From IMG/VR virus record IMGVR_UViG_3300035492_000062, positions 32,925 through 96,924 of that record: 64,000 bases of DNA; one strand, written 5' to 3'. Source of the DNA: a virus. A model generated the notes under the pieces. That model saw nothing but the letters and a program-made list of their open reading frames with translations, searched no databases and had not been told where the DNA came from. Positions 38,337 to 48,545 of the stretch are shown here, one piece after another (position 1 is the stretch's first letter; each line of letters begins with the position of its first letter). Both the position numbers and the translations under genes were made by a program.

Positions 38337-39662
38337 TTACCTCTTCGTATTTTTAAGAATTTGACGCATCTTATCTTTCCCAGTAGAGTTCATCTTACCA
38401 GAATCATCAGACTTGTCAACTTTTTTCACCAACGGAGATTGACCTAAGAATGGTTGATCTGACACTCTCAATGATTTTGGGCACCGATACATGATGATTG
38501 GTTTCTTACTCTTAGCACCGTTTCGAATTTTTAGTTGCTTGAGTTGAAACTGATTATTCTCAATGTCTTGATCAGTAGCTACCAAACCAAGTGACCAATC
38601 ACTGCCGTTTACTGCTGATAGACCACCTGCAACGTGTTTTGGTGATAAGTCAACAATACCATCTGCATCTCGGTTTAACTGACCCGCTGTGAGACAATAT
38701 AAATCCCATTCATCTGCAATACGTTGGAGTTCAAAGATCTTCAACTCATCCAAGTCAAACTTGTTCATTGAAGATTGATTGACACCAGTTAGTCCCATCA
38801 GTGCAAGATAGTCAACAATCAAATAGTCTGGTTTGATACCATACTTTAACTCATATTCAAGTAATACGGTTTCAATATCAGTCTGAGTTGAACCAGTTTT
38901 AAGGCGCTTAATGACCACGATGCCTAGATTTTCTTCATGCTCTCGGTAAAATTCTTCAAAGCTATCTGCATTGTCACTGTGTTTAGCTATATCACCACCA
39001 GTGAAAATACAGTCCATCCGTTTGGCATAGAGAACATCTTTCAACTCTAGTGAGACGATAAGGCCATTATGTTGTTTCTTTGATAGCCAGTAAGACATGT
39101 TTGCAAGCATGACCGACTTACCAGCTCCAGTAGAACCATAAACAATGCCCACTTCTTTCTTGCGGATACCGTTTAGAAGGTCATCTAACTCTTTGACACC
39201 GAAATAAATCTCACCACTCATCTCATCAGTGGTTTTGATACGTTCTGCTGCTGAGTCAAATAGTTCTACACCAACCGAGTCATCAATTTTCACCATGAGA
39301 GCTTTTCTGACTAAATCAGAAACATCAGCAAGTTTACCTTCTTTAATCAAATCAACTGAGTCAAAAACAGCATTAGTCATTGCAGAAACTTGACAAAATT
39401 CTTCAAGTTCTTCAATCACATAAGAGATTTGATCCTTGTCTATTGAACGTTCGTCCAATTCGATTGATGTTTCTGCTTCAATGATGTCTACGGTCGGAAT
39501 ACCTTTATGTTTCTGGTAGTATTTTTTAATAACCTCACATACCCGATCAAGAGGCTTTTCAAAGTATAACGGATCAATAATCTTGACTACCTTTGCAAAC
39601 ACCTCTTTATCAGCGATTGCATACTCCAACATCAGTTTTTGTTTTTTGTTGATTGTGCTCAC
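38337..39662 (-). CDS. Replicative DnaB-like helicase (gp41-like)
   Basis: Walker A GSTGAGKS, SLEL, IVDYL, AGQLNR. Confidence 0.9.
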   Translation of the reverse strand: MSTINKKQKLMLEYAIADKEVFAKVVKIIDPLYFEKPLDRVCEVIKKYYQKHKGIPTVDIIEAETSIELDERSIDKDQISYVIEELEEFCQVSAMTNAVFDSVDLIKEGKLADVSDLVRKALMVKIDDSVGVELFDSAAERIKTTDEMSGEIYFGVKELDDLLNGIRKKEVGIVYGSTGAGKSVMLANMSYWLSKKQHNGLIVSLELKDVLYAKRMDCIFTGGDIAKHSDNADSFEEFYREHEENLGIVVIKRLKTGSTQTDIETVLLEYELKYGIKPDYLIVDYLALMGLTGVNQSSMNKFDLDELKIFELQRIADEWDLYCLTAGQLNRDADGIVDLSPKHVAGGLSAVNGSDWSLGLVATDQDIENNQFQLKQLKIRNGAKSKKPIIMYRCPKSLRVSDQPFLGQSPLVKKVDKSDDSGKMNSTGKDKMRQILKNTKR

Positions 39663-39664
39663 AT

Positions 39665-40621
39665 CTACTCCTCATTCATCCATAGTCGCAATTTTATCTT
39701 TGCTTCTTGATAGTTGTCAACCAGAGAATTTTTTATTATCTTAGCAACCTCAATAATCCCCAAATTGCAGACAGCTTCATTCAAATCTTTGTATTTCCAG
39801 TTCGGAATAATCATTTTGCAGTTTGGGTAATCTTGCATTATCTGTAAAAAGTTGTCAGTGTTTCTGTCAGGGAGAATCCACCACTCTGGACAGTCTTTCA
39901 ACATATAAGCCTGTTTCTTTGATAGTTTGGAGTGCATTGTTGCCACTGTATTAGGAAAACACTTAGCATCAACAAACCCCTCTACGATGATTGGGATTCT
40001 GGGTACTGTTCTTTCTGGAAAGTACAAAACACCATCGTTTATGGTCTCTATGATATATTTTGGACCATTTGTACTTCTGGTGAAGATCTGAAACCCAATG
40101 ACCTTATCATAGTAGTACATAGCGCCAGCAATCAGATTTTTGTAAATTCCTGACTTAATGAAGTAAAAATCATTTAACTCTACGTGGCGGTTTGTTAGCG
40201 TTTCTCTCCAGCTCTTTGCAAAGTTGGATGAATCATCTACCAGTGGAACCCAATCTTCTGGTACGAGTATTTCTTGATAGCTGTTCTTCTCATAAAGTTC
40301 AAGATCAAGAGTGCGCTTAATTGCATCTGCCAATACATTTCGTTTTGCGTTGAGTGTCATTGGGATTTTAACACCTATTGCATCCATGAGATTGCGAAAT
40401 TTTCTACTAATCGGTGTGTCTATCTCGTATACAGTAGATGAACCACAAGACGCTCTGAAGCAGTTATAGATGATTTTGTCTTGTTCAAACTTGAAGCCAC
40501 CAGTCTTCCTATCGCTTTTACACATAGGACAAATCATGGTATGGAATCCAGTCGCTTCTTGTCTGGACATACCAATCGCACCAACTATGTCAGATTGTAG
40601 TCTTTGAAAATCTTTACTCAT
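39665..40621 (-). CDS. DNA primase (gp61-like)
   Basis: CPMC...CFRASC zinc finger; TOPRIM VEGFVDA, PDRN, KDLNEA. Confidence 0.85.
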   Translation of the reverse strand: MSKDFQRLQSDIVGAIGMSRQEATGFHTMICPMCKSDRKTGGFKFEQDKIIYNCFRASCGSSTVYEIDTPISRKFRNLMDAIGVKIPMTLNAKRNVLADAIKRTLDLELYEKNSYQEILVPEDWVPLVDDSSNFAKSWRETLTNRHVELNDFYFIKSGIYKNLIAGAMYYYDKVIGFQIFTRSTNGPKYIIETINDGVLYFPERTVPRIPIIVEGFVDAKCFPNTVATMHSKLSKKQAYMLKDCPEWWILPDRNTDNFLQIMQDYPNCKMIIPNWKYKDLNEAVCNLGIIEVAKIIKNSLVDNYQEAKIKLRLWMNEE

Positions 40622-41022
40622 AGCATTACCATTGAGATTATTTGATTTACAGAAGTATACTTGTGCTGAGCTAGTATTGAAAGATTTTGTTTTAATCTTA
40701 TAACCAGAAGTTGGTTATCCTCATCAAGAATGTTCCCATTCATCAGTGCGATCTTAAGAACATTTTTCGGTGTGCGATACATAACACCTCTCAAATTTGG
40801 CGACAATAAGACCGCAAAACCAATCTCACGAATTAGTTTTTCATCATTCTCTTTACTCATTGCGTTTAGTACTGTTACACGCAAATCCCTATCAAAACAT
40901 AGACATTCTGATGTTGCTATATCAACAGACTCTTCACCAATCCTACAAAAATGTATTACAACACGCATCTCCAATGGAGAAAGTAAGTGATTTTCAGATT
41001 GTTTTGCCATTTTTGACCTCAA
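40618..41022 (-). CDS. Hypothetical protein
   Basis: ORF coupled to primase. Confidence 0.55.
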   Translation of the reverse strand: MRSKMAKQSENHLLSPLEMRVVIHFCRIGEESVDIATSECLCFDRDLRVTVLNAMSKENDEKLIREIGFAVLLSPNLRGVMYRTPKNVLKIALMNGNILDEDNQLLVIRLKQNLSILAQHKYTSVNQIISMVML

Positions 41023-41055
41023 TAAATAAATGGTATGTGAGAGAAGAGGACTTCC

Positions 41056-41379
41056 ATGAGTGGTAATTTATTAGACATTATAGAGACAGAAGACAAAGTT
41101 TACAACTGTGTTATTGATTATATTTCAAAGCGCCAGATCATAATTTATGACCTGACTGGGATTAATGATGCGACTGTTAGATTATTGTTAATAAAATGGA
41201 AGATGAACTTCCCCAATCTTAGATTTTCTATTTTTAAATCAATATATTATCCAAACGTACCACTTAACAAACCAGTCATTCTATCACTAAAATCAGTAAA
41301 ATATTGCAATCGTTGTCTTAAACCCACCAAGCCAAAACGCTCGGTGGTTAAGATTGTTGCTTCACCAGACAATGCCTGA
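41056..41379 (+). CDS. Hypothetical protein, lone opposite-strand gene
   Basis: GAGG RBS; AATAAATA late-like motif upstream. Confidence 0.6.
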   Translation: MSGNLLDIIETEDKVYNCVIDYISKRQIIIYDLTGINDATVRLLLIKWKMNFPNLRFSIFKSIYYPNVPLNKPVILSLKSVKYCNRCLKPTKPKRSVVKIVASPDNA

Positions 41380-41970
41380 TGGATTTTTAAGTTTGTTCAT
41401 TACAGCCACAATCATAATAGCATACGCTATAGCGTGAGATTTTTTAAAATACGCTGTACCGTCTAATGGCCTACTGTATAACCTCTTCCTTACTGCAACT
41501 TGATTCTTTCTGTACTGGGGTATTAACCCAATCTTTGCAGGACGAATCAGAGCAATCATATCTGCAAGCTCTTCCACATTAGTCGGTTGGATTTTAACCA
41601 CAGTCTCATAGTGATTAGCTATGTGTGGTAGTCTCTGTACAAACAATTCATCCATCAACCAGTTCCAATCTGGCTCTGCTTCTGCTGCCCTAAGAACCTC
41701 GGTCTTTGTTTTGAAAATGTCATATGCTTTGTTGGTTAGAATATCCACCTTAGAAAATCCAACCTCATCCCCATACTTGTAGTCAAACGCACATAACCCA
41801 GTCACCGGATCAATTGGCACTGGCTCCAAATAAACGCCAGATGGATGTGGTAGGATTCTATGGGTCTCTTCGTTATAGACCATAGCACGAGTGCCATAGT
41901 CTTCTCTATTACACTGAGTGTTTACGTCTATGTCTACGTCAAAACTACGTCTCGCTAAGGACATACTCAA
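41362..41970 (-). CDS. DNA polymerase III alpha (DnaE)-like C-terminal fragment: catalytic palm/fingers
   Basis: FDVDIDV, HPSGVYL, KVDIL, IALIRPA, FKKSHAIAYA. Confidence 0.85.
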   Translation of the reverse strand: MSMSLARRSFDVDIDVNTQCNREDYGTRAMVYNEETHRILPHPSGVYLEPVPIDPVTGLCAFDYKYGDEVGFSKVDILTNKAYDIFKTKTEVLRAAEAEPDWNWLMDELFVQRLPHIANHYETVVKIQPTNVEELADMIALIRPAKIGLIPQYRKNQVAVRKRLYSRPLDGTAYFKKSHAIAYAIMIVAVMNKLKNPSGIVW

Positions 41971-42358
41971 TCATTTCCTCAATTTCTTCTTCAACAAAAT
42001 TATCATCAAAGAACCCAACTTTCAACTCTTCAAAAATATCTTCACCATCTAACCACCGGAAGTACTGTTCTAACTCCCAATCCTCTAGGTTATGGTAGCG
42101 TTTATTTCCCATAGCTGCCTTTATACCATCTTTTGATGCAACTTGACAATCTTTGTAAAGATATTCTGTAACGGAGAATAACGCATTGATAAATTCTTCA
42201 TAGAAGTGCATGTACTCACTAGAGATGTATCGAGCCACTTTGAAAGAGTACTTTGTTTTGTCTAGTGTACTGAGATTACTTTTGATGAATGCTTCTCGTA
42301 CTTCATTTAAAATAATTTTTCGTTCGTCTGGTGTTAATGTGATTGAGATTTGCGACAT
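41945..42358 (-). CDS. Hypothetical protein
   Basis: Packed ORF. Confidence 0.6.
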   Translation of the reverse strand: MSQISITLTPDERKIILNEVREAFIKSNLSTLDKTKYSFKVARYISSEYMHFYEEFINALFSVTEYLYKDCQVASKDGIKAAMGNKRYHNLEDWELEQYFRWLDGEDIFEELKVGFFDDNFVEEEIEEMIEYVLSET

Positions 42359-42359
42359 C

Positions 42360-42989
42360 CTAAACTCCTGATAAGAATTCTTGTAACAGTAAGAAATTTC
42401 CAGTACTCATATTTTCGAAAATATCTGGTCTGATTCTGGAAATGTATTCAAACGCCACCTTACCTTTAATTATAGCGGATTTCACAAACTCCTCATCTTC
42501 AAACTGTTCTTTGTGTTTCTGATAAAATTCTTTGGAACTGTTACCGATCATGATTACATGATGCTTTTGTAACCAAATCCGGTAACTATTTTTGTTGACA
42601 CTATCGACCACAGAAACAGCTTTCACAAAGTTGTCAATGTTTTTCTCCGCATAAATGTAGCATAAAAGAGAGTCAGGCGGGGTTTCAATTTCATAAGAGA
42701 AAATAATAAACCGCATGACCACATTATAAATCACACTCTTCCTAAACGCAGCTCTCGATAAATTGTACTCATTATCTTTCATGAATGATAAAGCAGCATC
42801 TTCATATACAGTGTCTGCACAAATTTCTTTCAAAGAAAAACACGTCATTTCGCTCATGTGGTTTTCTATGGTAGTCTTTTTCACTGCCTGTTTTCCACAC
42901 ACCGGACAGATGAACTTGTTTGTGATTGGATCTTGGATGATAGGTTTTTTAAAATATTGTTCTACATCGTTAAAAATGGAAAGTGACAT
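42360..42989 (-). CDS. Hypothetical zinc-finger protein
   Basis: FICPVCGK...IENHM..C. Confidence 0.6.
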   Translation of the reverse strand: MSLSIFNDVEQYFKKPIIQDPITNKFICPVCGKQAVKKTTIENHMSEMTCFSLKEICADTVYEDAALSFMKDNEYNLSRAAFRKSVIYNVVMRFIIFSYEIETPPDSLLCYIYAEKNIDNFVKAVSVVDSVNKNSYRIWLQKHHVIMIGNSSKEFYQKHKEQFEDEEFVKSAIIKGKVAFEYISRIRPDIFENMSTGNFLLLQEFLSGV

Positions 42990-42994
42990 CTTTT

Positions 42995-43420
42995 CTACTC
43001 CCTGTTTTCAAAGAACTTGGTTATTTGTGCTACTTCTTCTTTGGTTAAAACTTCTTTATACTCAGCAGCATCAGAATGTGTTACATTGTAAAACTTTGCA
43101 ATCATGTCGATTTCTGGCGTCTTTTCTGCTTTACCTTGTTTCTTAAACGCATAACGAGTGCGACTAATGCCCCCATTTGCTGCTATAAACAACTTTAGAA
43201 GTAACCGTGGGTGTTTGGATAGACTAAACACTTTATCAGGCACAGTATGCGCTACAGATAGCGTATGGATAGGTCTAACCGCTTTGTCTGTTGGTTGCCA
43301 CATGAGAAGAACATATGGTGACAGTTTCTTTACCTCTTCGTCAGACATATCATCAACATGACTAAGATCACCAGCATTCATTTTATTAAAAAAATCGAAA
43401 AGGTCTGAGTTGTTTGACAT
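42995..43420 (-). CDS. Clamp loader small subunit (gp62-like)
   Basis: DLFDFF...LSPYVLLMW...HPRLLLKL...IAKFYNV...A.EY; near gp44. Confidence 0.55.
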   Translation of the reverse strand: MSNNSDLFDFFNKMNAGDLSHVDDMSDEEVKKLSPYVLLMWQPTDKAVRPIHTLSVAHTVPDKVFSLSKHPRLLLKLFIAANGGISRTRYAFKKQGKAEKTPEIDMIAKFYNVTHSDAAEYKEVLTKEEVAQITKFFENRE

Positions 43421-43429
43421 AATATTATC

Positions 43430-43984
43430 CTAAAACCGATTCAGAATCTCTTGCTTGATTCTATCATCAGTGTGCAATTCTGCAACTTTTTTAGCGTGTT
43501 TCTGTTTTCTTTCAATCCAAGCAGCAACAGCCTTTTCTTCTGTATCAAAATACCCAACATGTTCTTGGACTACTGTAAACGGGTTTGAGCATCTGACATG
43601 AAACTTCTCTGATTGTTTTTGTTTCGTAAGACCAAGATGATTGCAGACTCCGATCTTAAACTCGGTGTTCTTGATGAAATGGTGAGTCGTTTTATCAAGA
43701 AATACCACAGTTTCTTCTGAATAATGAGTACCATCACCAAACAATACATTGTTTAGAACAAAATCTTCTTGGTAGTTTTCATCAAACCATTTCTTAAAAT
43801 TTGAGAATATCAGCCAATCAGGACTCATTGTATAGCCTGCATCTGGTTTGTGGTAGCACCGCTTCAGGATATTGCACCATGCTTTGTATGCTTTGCAGTA
43901 TACAATCTTACCACGTTCTATCCATTGTGTTGGTGTTGGGATATCTTTCACACCAACACCATAAAATCTAACACGCTTCGTCAT
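43430..43984 (-). CDS. HNH-type homing endonuclease-like protein (paralog of 562-1180), possibly degenerate
   Basis: YGVG...YKAWCNILKRCY...W..FSNFKKW...HYSEETVVF...CSNPF...VGYFDTEE.A..AW..RK. Confidence 0.65.
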   Translation of the reverse strand: MTKRVRFYGVGVKDIPTPTQWIERGKIVYCKAYKAWCNILKRCYHKPDAGYTMSPDWLIFSNFKKWFDENYQEDFVLNNVLFGDGTHYSEETVVFLDKTTHHFIKNTEFKIGVCNHLGLTKQKQSEKFHVRCSNPFTVVQEHVGYFDTEEKAVAAWIERKQKHAKKVAELHTDDRIKQEILNRF

Positions 43985-44926
43985 TTACTCTTCCATAAAA
44001 AAAAGTTCATAGATACATGCATCCAAAATAATTTGTTGGTTTGCAGTTCGAGTACCCATGTCCAAATACTTTGCAATTTTGATGATTGCCATAGCTGGAT
44101 CTGAGTATAGTTGGTGATTCTGGTAGAGTTGCGTATAGAACCAATCATAATTGGCATCGTCTACCAGATGAGTTAACTCAAGTAATTCTACAGGATCTAC
44201 ACTGTCTTTACTACATAATTGTTCCCACCTATCTAAGTCTTCAGATGCTTTTGTTTCGCCCATAGGTGCGTAAAGAGTTCTGAACCCGTTTCCATTATCA
44301 TCAAATGGAGATGATTGTTCAATAGAGTTTAAGATCTTGCGGAAATCTGGATAATACAGGTCAATGTGTGCCATGATGAAATCTGGATTATCATCTAATG
44401 GGAAAATCTCTTCTTTATCCAGAATCTCAATGACGCGATTAATCACATCATCAACATTGATACCATTTAAGTCCAACATTGTGAATCGACTCATCAGTGG
44501 TGCGGGAATGCGAGATATTGTGTTAGCCGTGGCAATGAATCGGATATAGTCTGAGAACTCTTCTGTGAGTTGTTTGAGTGCGTCAAATGCGTGTTTGGAT
44601 AAACGATCCATTTCTTCTAGGTGGACAATCTTGAATTTTCCAAGTGGTGCTTTCTTCATCCATGGAGCTAACTCTTCACGGATTGCAGCAATCCCAGTAT
44701 CTGCTGAGCAGGCCATAACCTTAAAATCAGCATCAGTTACACCTAATTCTTCTTTCAGTAGACGAGCCAATGTTGTTTTACCAAGTCCCTGTGAACCTAC
44801 CATCATCACATTGGGGATTGATTTCTCTTTCACCCACGACATGACAGTTTTCTTAATCTTTGGATTTTGAAAGATGTAATCTTCAATTTTCTTTGGACGA
44901 TATTTTTCTGCTAGTAGCTCTCTCAT
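43985..44926 (-). CDS. Clamp loader large subunit (gp44/RFC-like)
   Basis: LAEKYRP, GSQGLGKTT, LEEMD, SRF. Confidence 0.9.
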   Translation of the reverse strand: MRELLAEKYRPKKIEDYIFQNPKIKKTVMSWVKEKSIPNVMMVGSQGLGKTTLARLLKEELGVTDADFKVMACSADTGIAAIREELAPWMKKAPLGKFKIVHLEEMDRLSKHAFDALKQLTEEFSDYIRFIATANTISRIPAPLMSRFTMLDLNGINVDDVINRVIEILDKEEIFPLDDNPDFIMAHIDLYYPDFRKILNSIEQSSPFDDNGNGFRTLYAPMGETKASEDLDRWEQLCSKDSVDPVELLELTHLVDDANYDWFYTQLYQNHQLYSDPAMAIIKIAKYLDMGTRTANQQIILDACIYELFFMEE

Positions 44927-44936
44927 TTTGTTCTCC

Positions 44937-45332
44937 TTAAATATGCAGCATGGATAATGTTAGCATGAATTCTTCTTTGGCGCTATAATATTCTTCTTTT
45001 CTTGTTAGACATGAAACTTCGCAAATGAAATTTTCTTCACCACATTTTTCGAATACATTGTTTTCATAAAAGTATTTTATATGCTGAATGTCGGATACAT
45101 TGAAAATATTTGTTTCTTTTTCTGAAATTATGTAGAACGATGCTTCTTGTTCTTGTTCCCATCCATCTGTTCTATCCAAGCTCTCCCCTGTTTCAGTGAT
45201 CATTACTGATGAAACTTTTGGGATGATTTTATGATATTTTGCCAGTTTGTACTGGAGCAATCTCATAACTTTTGGGATGTCTTTTTGTTGAATTTTTTGT
45301 GCTAAAGAAAGGTAATCCATCTCTGCCTCCAA
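44937..45332 (-). CDS. Hypothetical protein
   Basis: ORF behind a sigma70-like promoter. Confidence 0.55.
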   Translation of the reverse strand: MEAEMDYLSLAQKIQQKDIPKVMRLLQYKLAKYHKIIPKVSSVMITETGESLDRTDGWEQEQEASFYIISEKETNIFNVSDIQHIKYFYENNVFEKCGEENFICEVSCLTRKEEYYSAKEEFMLTLSMLHI

Positions 45333-45346
45333 TGTAAATTTTCTAC

Positions 45347-45375
45347 AGTGTACCAGAGATGGATTTTTAGATCAA
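45347..45375 (-). promoter_or_regulatory. sigma70-like promoter
   Basis: Minus strand TTGATC-17 nt-TACACT. Confidence 0.5.
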
Positions 45376-45376
45376 C

Positions 45377-46159
45377 TTAAACAGTTGAAGTGAAGAAGCG
45401 ATTTCTTACGTTTTTGGTGAGTCGTGCTAACGACATAGTGTTATCTGATAAGAAGTTTTCGACCAGATCTTTCAGCTTCTGATTGTCTTCCACGCCATCT
45501 TGTACTTTTACATAAGTACCATCTTTGTAGCCAGATGATTGACGGATCTGGTTCAGTGTCATTTTTGCTGTATAGATTGCTGAAATCTCAAGAGATGTCA
45601 GACCAACACTTGCAACTAACTGGAGTAGAGCAGCATAAGACAGTCGGAACAGGTCTAAGTATGTGAAGTCTTCTCCACTTGTAAAAATACCTAAATCTCG
45701 CACAATGTCAACAAATGTTGTATAATTAATCCAACCGTCATTAGTGATCAGGTTCATGTCAAATGATTGGCCAGCTAGTTCTAATACATCAACACCTACA
45801 TACATGGTTTTGCCAAGTTCTGTTAGCTGTTGTTCTGCTTCCAAGCGATGATCACCACCCATGTGCTCCATTGCATTGCGTACTGCCAAGATTTGAGCAG
45901 AGATGATGAAGTGAATAGCATCAATAACTTCGATTTTGACATTCCATGTATCTATTTGATTTGTATCAGATTTCTTCCACCATTTATAAGAAACGCCTGA
46001 TTCTGTAACCAGCTCAGCAAGCTCTAAGATTGCTTGTGCTACATAATGACTCGGAGTCATACTGGATTTCCACTTTGGTACAGTGATTTCGTTCAAATAA
46101 TCTTGTGCTACCACAAGATCAGTAAAATTCATAATTCGTTCATTTAGCTGCATCTTCAT
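45377..46159 (-). CDS. Dimeric (all-alpha) dUTPase
   Basis: ELAEL...YKWWK...KIEVIDAIHF...Y.AK..LNQIRQSSGYKDGTY.K...EDN. Confidence 0.8.
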   Translation of the reverse strand: MKMQLNERIMNFTDLVVAQDYLNEITVPKWKSSMTPSHYVAQAILELAELVTESGVSYKWWKKSDTNQIDTWNVKIEVIDAIHFIISAQILAVRNAMEHMGGDHRLEAEQQLTELGKTMYVGVDVLELAGQSFDMNLITNDGWINYTTFVDIVRDLGIFTSGEDFTYLDLFRLSYAALLQLVASVGLTSLEISAIYTAKMTLNQIRQSSGYKDGTYVKVQDGVEDNQKLKDLVENFLSDNTMSLARLTKNVRNRFFTSTV

Positions 46160-46295
46160 ACACCTCTTTAAGTTGTGCTTGTAATTCTTGATATTCTTCA
46201 ATAGCTTGGTTTAAATCCTTCGTGGTCTTGTTGATGTAGTCACCAAGGATAGCTATCTTCGCATTCAGTTCTTGTATCACTCGTTTATGACTCAT
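46140..46295 (-). CDS. Small coiled-coil protein (51 aa, not in the ORF track)
   Basis: MSHKRVIQELNAKIAILGDYINKTTKDLNQAIEEYQELQAQLKEVYEDAAK* fills the gap between genes. Confidence 0.55.
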   Translation of the reverse strand: MSHKRVIQELNAKIAILGDYINKTTKDLNQAIEEYQELQAQLKEVYEDAAK

Positions 46296-46297
46296 TG

Positions 46298-46885
46298 TTA
46301 ATCCCCATCTGGTTCTGAGAATTCATTGAGAATTTTATGGTACACGTATGATGCGAAATCGTCAATACCATAATCATCATTATCAAGTAGTCGTATTGTC
46401 ATGTCTGGATGACAAGTAACCCATCCGCGAGAGTCATTAGACCAGTTACTCCCAAAACGGGACCATTGTAGAATGAGTACATTACTTCCACCAAACTCGT
46501 TTATAACTGCAATGGTTTCTTCATCAAACCCACCGTCAGTCACCAAGAAAAACTTATCAGTGATTCCGGTTTTTTTGATATTGTCGCACAGTGCTTTTCC
46601 AAAATAATCTTTTCCGTGTACTGGTTTTACCCATTCCTCAGAAATCTTAATCAGGTACTGGCGTTGGGATAATCCACCTAACTTATCCCATGGTTCTTCT
46701 TTCATAGAAGACTCATATCGTTCATCCCATTCTTGCTTAGGTATCATAGATACACATAAAGCTATCTCAATCAACTTCTCCTTGAAAGAAGCAATCTCGA
46801 CAGGCAATCCAACGTCTTTGAGATAGGACGCAACAGCGTCCTTTCCAGAGCGTTTTGGACAGTTGAAAATAATAATCTTAGGCAT
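46298..46885 (-). CDS. dNMP kinase (T4 gp1-like)
   Basis: FNCPKRSGKD, SFKEKL, RQYLIKISE, VTDGGF.EE. Confidence 0.75.
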   Translation of the reverse strand: MPKIIIFNCPKRSGKDAVASYLKDVGLPVEIASFKEKLIEIALCVSMIPKQEWDERYESSMKEEPWDKLGGLSQRQYLIKISEEWVKPVHGKDYFGKALCDNIKKTGITDKFFLVTDGGFDEETIAVINEFGGSNVLILQWSRFGSNWSNDSRGWVTCHPDMTIRLLDNDDYGIDDFASYVYHKILNEFSEPDGD

Positions 46886-48533
46886 ACTCTCTTCTCCATT
46901 TTCCATTTTTCATTGTAACCATTGTGCGTTTGAAGTTTTTATAGGTAATAATATGACTGTGACTCCATGAGGATGGCGATCCATCATTATACCCAAGTCG
47001 AAGTTTACTACATGTACCTGCCTGAAACACTCCATCATCAATACAAGCACTATGGCTATGGTTCAGGTTAACACGAGTGCCAATGTGTTTAAAACCTTTT
47101 GCAGAGCCTCTAGCGCCATTTGGACCTAAATGTCCATGATACCCACACTCGATATTACCAATAGTAAAACTTTCACCCTCGGACAAGAACTGTACGTCTT
47201 TTCTTGAAATGTCTGGTTGTAATAACTCCAACACATACTTGAACAGATGGAAGTCTTTATCTTGCCGTTCAATCGCTTTGTAAGTAGCAAGCTGACATTC
47301 TAGGAAGAATACGGCATTTGCTGGATCGTGTTTATAATCGGCAGTTTTTATCCACTTCATCAAAGCTAAGTCATGGTTTGCTTCCACTACCACAATTTTT
47401 GAGAATGGTCTTGACATCATGTTAAGAAAGTCTGCAACAAACTTGATCGAATCTCTGACAGAATCATCCTGTTTAATAAACTGGCTGAATCTGAAGTGTG
47501 GATCGTTAATGTTGTGATGATTCCTGACTTTAAAATCAGCAGTATCAGAAGCAAACTGAATTTTAGGTCTCAGGACATCCAACATATTATTTTTGTTTGC
47601 ATACATGATTGATTTTGATGGATAATCATACTTCAAGCCAAAAGCATTCAATGCTACGACCGGATCAACTACTTCTAAATGCAGGTCTCCCCAGTTGATC
47701 GCTGCAACATTATCTGTTGCTTTTGCATATCCGTGTGGCGCATAGAAGTAATCTAGGTCATAAAATGTTCCGTCTTCCTCAGAAGCGTTGATCTGTCTGA
47801 CAAATGAATCACCGTCTTCATCTACCTCAACAATCAATGCACCAAAAATGTGATGGTATGCTGCTTTCTGACCTGCTTTCTGCTCGATATAGTTCAATCT
47901 AGTTACTGCACCAGATGTGTACAAATGTCGTGCACCTGATGATATTGGTGCTGCAAGTGGCTTCATGCGCTGCTTAGTGTGTGGGATGATACCAGAGCGA
48001 TTCCCGCAATAACTCTCGAACCCAGATTCTGGACAGCCTGCGGTGGGTAGAATATTCATCTCACCACAGAAGATCAAATCATCCGCTAAAAGCAAACGCT
48101 CGTTGCAAATGTAGGGTTTAATCTTCGGATCGTACCAAATATCTTTACCCCCCTCACCGTTCTGAAACCCATTTTTGTTATAAATGAATGTAGAGATCAA
48201 TAGCTCAGCACCTCTATGTTCACATAACCTCAGTAATGAATCGAAGAACTGCTTATGGATTGCAGTATTATTCTGAGCAGATGTGATGACAAATGTTTTA
48301 TTCTTGCCATACAGTCTGGTGGATGGTTCATAAGGTTTTTTATGACCAGCACTAAACGTTGGTTTTTCGTCATACACTAACCAGAAATCTTTATAAGAAC
48401 GCCTCATATAGAAATCACGGATGGTTGTGTCTGGAATGCCCAACTCTGCTGAGATCTTGCGGAATGCATACTTCTCTACATCCCGCAAGCGAATTATTTC
48501 ATGCATATCGTGGTCGTTTAAAACTCTCTTCAC
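46878..48533 (-). CDS. HTH plus metallophosphoesterase-like protein
   Basis: N-terminal HTH (FRKISAELGIPDTTIRD); GDLH, NHH, ANHD, HGHLG, HSHS. Confidence 0.65.
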   Translation of the reverse strand: MKRVLNDHDMHEIIRLRDVEKYAFRKISAELGIPDTTIRDFYMRRSYKDFWLVYDEKPTFSAGHKKPYEPSTRLYGKNKTFVITSAQNNTAIHKQFFDSLLRLCEHRGAELLISTFIYNKNGFQNGEGGKDIWYDPKIKPYICNERLLLADDLIFCGEMNILPTAGCPESGFESYCGNRSGIIPHTKQRMKPLAAPISSGARHLYTSGAVTRLNYIEQKAGQKAAYHHIFGALIVEVDEDGDSFVRQINASEEDGTFYDLDYFYAPHGYAKATDNVAAINWGDLHLEVVDPVVALNAFGLKYDYPSKSIMYANKNNMLDVLRPKIQFASDTADFKVRNHHNINDPHFRFSQFIKQDDSVRDSIKFVADFLNMMSRPFSKIVVVEANHDLALMKWIKTADYKHDPANAVFFLECQLATYKAIERQDKDFHLFKYVLELLQPDISRKDVQFLSEGESFTIGNIECGYHGHLGPNGARGSAKGFKHIGTRVNLNHSHSACIDDGVFQAGTCSKLRLGYNDGSPSSWSHSHIITYKNFKRTMVTMKNGKWRREYA

Positions 48534-48545
48534 GATAACTCCCTT

